A stretch of 63,786 bases of DNA, the filler included, from Octopus bimaculoides (lineage: Eukaryota): the NCBI RefSeq assembly GCF_001194135.2. It is 6 parts of 6 records of this genome, joined end to end, with 100 filler letters (N's around TTAATTAATTAA, not from the genome) between each part and the next. Parts side by side here need not be neighbours in the genome. Positions count along the whole stretch, not along the records: positions 61,169 to 63,786 come from NC_068989.1; 5 more parts are not named here. One strand, 5' to 3'. The position numbers and the translations under genes were made by a program. The notes under the pieces were generated by a model. The model did not search any database and was not told the origin of the DNA. It saw only the letters and a program-made list of their open reading frames with translations. Position 1 is the first letter of the stretch. Every line of letters begins with the position of its first letter. This document shows, piece after piece, positions 63,747 through 63,786 of this stretch.

Positions 63747-63786
<40 letters not shown>

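Noticed and set aside
1-63786. CRISPR arrays, operons, rRNA or prokaryotic defence systems
   Set aside because: No regularly spaced repeat-spacer pattern, no rRNA motifs and no prokaryote-like gene density.

Overview
AT-rich, microsatellite-dense eukaryotic genomic DNA with many N gaps. It is most likely an octopus assembly, inferred from abundant tRNA-derived SINEs resembling the octopus OK/OR1/OR2 families as I recall them. Most of the window is intronic or intergenic and packed with SINEs, decayed DNA transposons (mariner, Tc1/maT-like, hAT, pogo/Tigger-like and Merlin-like MITEs) and non-LTR remnants (R4/Dong-like, RTE-like, a gag-like ORF1, probable Penelope-like pieces). No intact transposase or reverse transcriptase ORF is present, and the long ORFs in the track are N-gap or microsatellite artefacts. 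Three non-obvious signals stand out. (1) The 3' end of an unidentified minus-strand host gene at about 4.8-11.8 kb, built from phase-compatible 12, 22 and 13 nt microexons and apparently alternative last exons (one transmembrane, two soluble). (2) A minimal type I hammerhead ribozyme motif with an intact core at 53267-53336 (minus), plus several decayed relatives. (3) A switch near 17.7 kb from CpG-decayed to CpG-retaining repeats, consistent with a gene-body methylation domain. All calls are from reading the sequence by eye; no searches were run.
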